Shown one piece after another: positions 31,212 through 32,000 of a DNA stretch of 32,000 nucleotides. Under the pieces are notes generated by a model, which did not search any database, was not told the DNA's origin, and was given only the letters and a program-made list of their open reading frames with translations. The position numbers and the translations under genes are program-made. Every line of letters starts with the position of its first letter. The stretch's first letter is position 1. The DNA comes from Amoeboradix gromovi X-113 (Eukaryota; Fungi; Sanchytriomycota): assembly GCA_018985225.1 (NCBI GenBank), contig JADGIF010000008.1, positions 1-32,000 on the forward strand, given 5' to 3'.

Positions 31212-32000
31212 ATGGAAGCTACTATATATCCCAGCATTTCTAGGTTATTAGATACCAAAATTCATGTTCCAGTACATATTCATGTATATAACATTTTAGA
31301 CATTGAAAGGAATGGTGTATTGCCGAAGGACATTTCATTCTCAAAAATGCAAAAATCTAAAATATTCGGCAAGTCTATAATAAACGGGCTAAAACTGTTT
31401 AAACAACAGCGATTAAAAGAGATCAGTATTCTAATAAAAGTACTAAATACAACTAGAGTAGTTCAAACCAATTCTGACAGATGCTTCAAAGAGACCTTAG
31501 TAATTGATTTATTTGACACCAATATCAGCACAATAAATATAACTGCTGTTGTATCTAATATCGAGTATTATGGAGAATCTTATGTATACCCTATTGATGG
31601 ATACGCCGTAATTAGTGACATTGATGATACTATGCGTATTGCTGACGGCTATGACCTGTATCAGTTATTGTCGTCTTCACTGTATTATAATTATACACCA
31701 GTAGAAGGCATGCCTTCTTTATATGAGAACTGGAGGAAAAATAATAACTGCCGTTTTTATTATGTCACTACAAGTCCAGATCAATTATACAAGGAGGTGT
31801 CTAACTTAATCAAGACATACAACTTCCCAAAAGGTCATTACATGGGTAGACACTTCAGATGGTATTATAATGACTCTCAGGTTAGTCATTCAGACACAAT
31901 TGCAAAATTAATGCCTTCAGAGGGTAACATCATGATAAATGAACACCGTCAGGCTGTTGTTAATGATACCGCGTATCAGCAAGCAGATAAAGACATGACA
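31212..32000 (+). CDS. App1-like phosphatidate phosphatase (partial, runs off the window)
   Basis: 263 open codons from ATG 31212; GYAVISDIDDTMRI (DxDxT), PVEGMPSLYENW, FYYVTTSPDQLY, FPKG. Confidence 0.85.
   Translation, partial: MEATIYPSISRLLDTKIHVPVHIHVYNILDIERNGVLPKDISFSKMQKSKIFGKSIINGLKLFKQQRLKEISILIKVLNTTRVVQTNSDRCFKETLVIDLFDTNISTINITAVVSNIEYYGESYVYPIDGYAVISDIDDTMRIADGYDLYQLLSSSLYYNYTPVEGMPSLYENWRKNNNCRFYYVTTSPDQLYKEVSNLIKTYNFPKGHYMGRHFRWYYNDSQVSHSDTIAKLMPSEGNIMINEHRQAVVNDTAYQQADKDMT

Noticed and set aside
1-32000. CRISPR arrays, rRNA/tRNA genes, prokaryotic operons or defence systems
   Set aside because: No regularly spaced repeats or RNA-gene signatures seen; gene content is eukaryotic.

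Overview
AT-rich, very compact, intron-poor eukaryotic genomic DNA in the standard genetic code. Fungal-type genes (metacaspase, App1-like, Mtc1-like, Spo12-like, Cld1/ABHD5-like, CaMK, PAQR, ECT1) occur together with an axonemal dynein heavy chain. This suggests a reduced, early-diverging zoosporic fungus or close relative such as a sanchytrid-like parasite (inference only). Main observations: (1) two apparent ultra-short spliceosomal introns of 19 and 20 nt (GT...TAYTNAY-NTAG), each repairing a broken gene; (2) a 3221-aa DNAH10-like inner-arm dynein with an eroded AAA ring but a conserved microtubule-binding stalk; (3) four copies of a ~300-390 bp TIR-bounded MITE family; (4) an ECT1/PCYT2 gene whose linker sits in a shifted frame between two compensating frameshifts; (5) genes missed by the ORF track: a Spo12-like microprotein, an App1-like phosphatase and a DUG1/CNDP2 pseudogene; (6) extreme packing, with poly(A) signals fused to stop codons and divergent ATGs 26-51 nt apart. 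Family assignments are from motif recognition by eye, not database searches.
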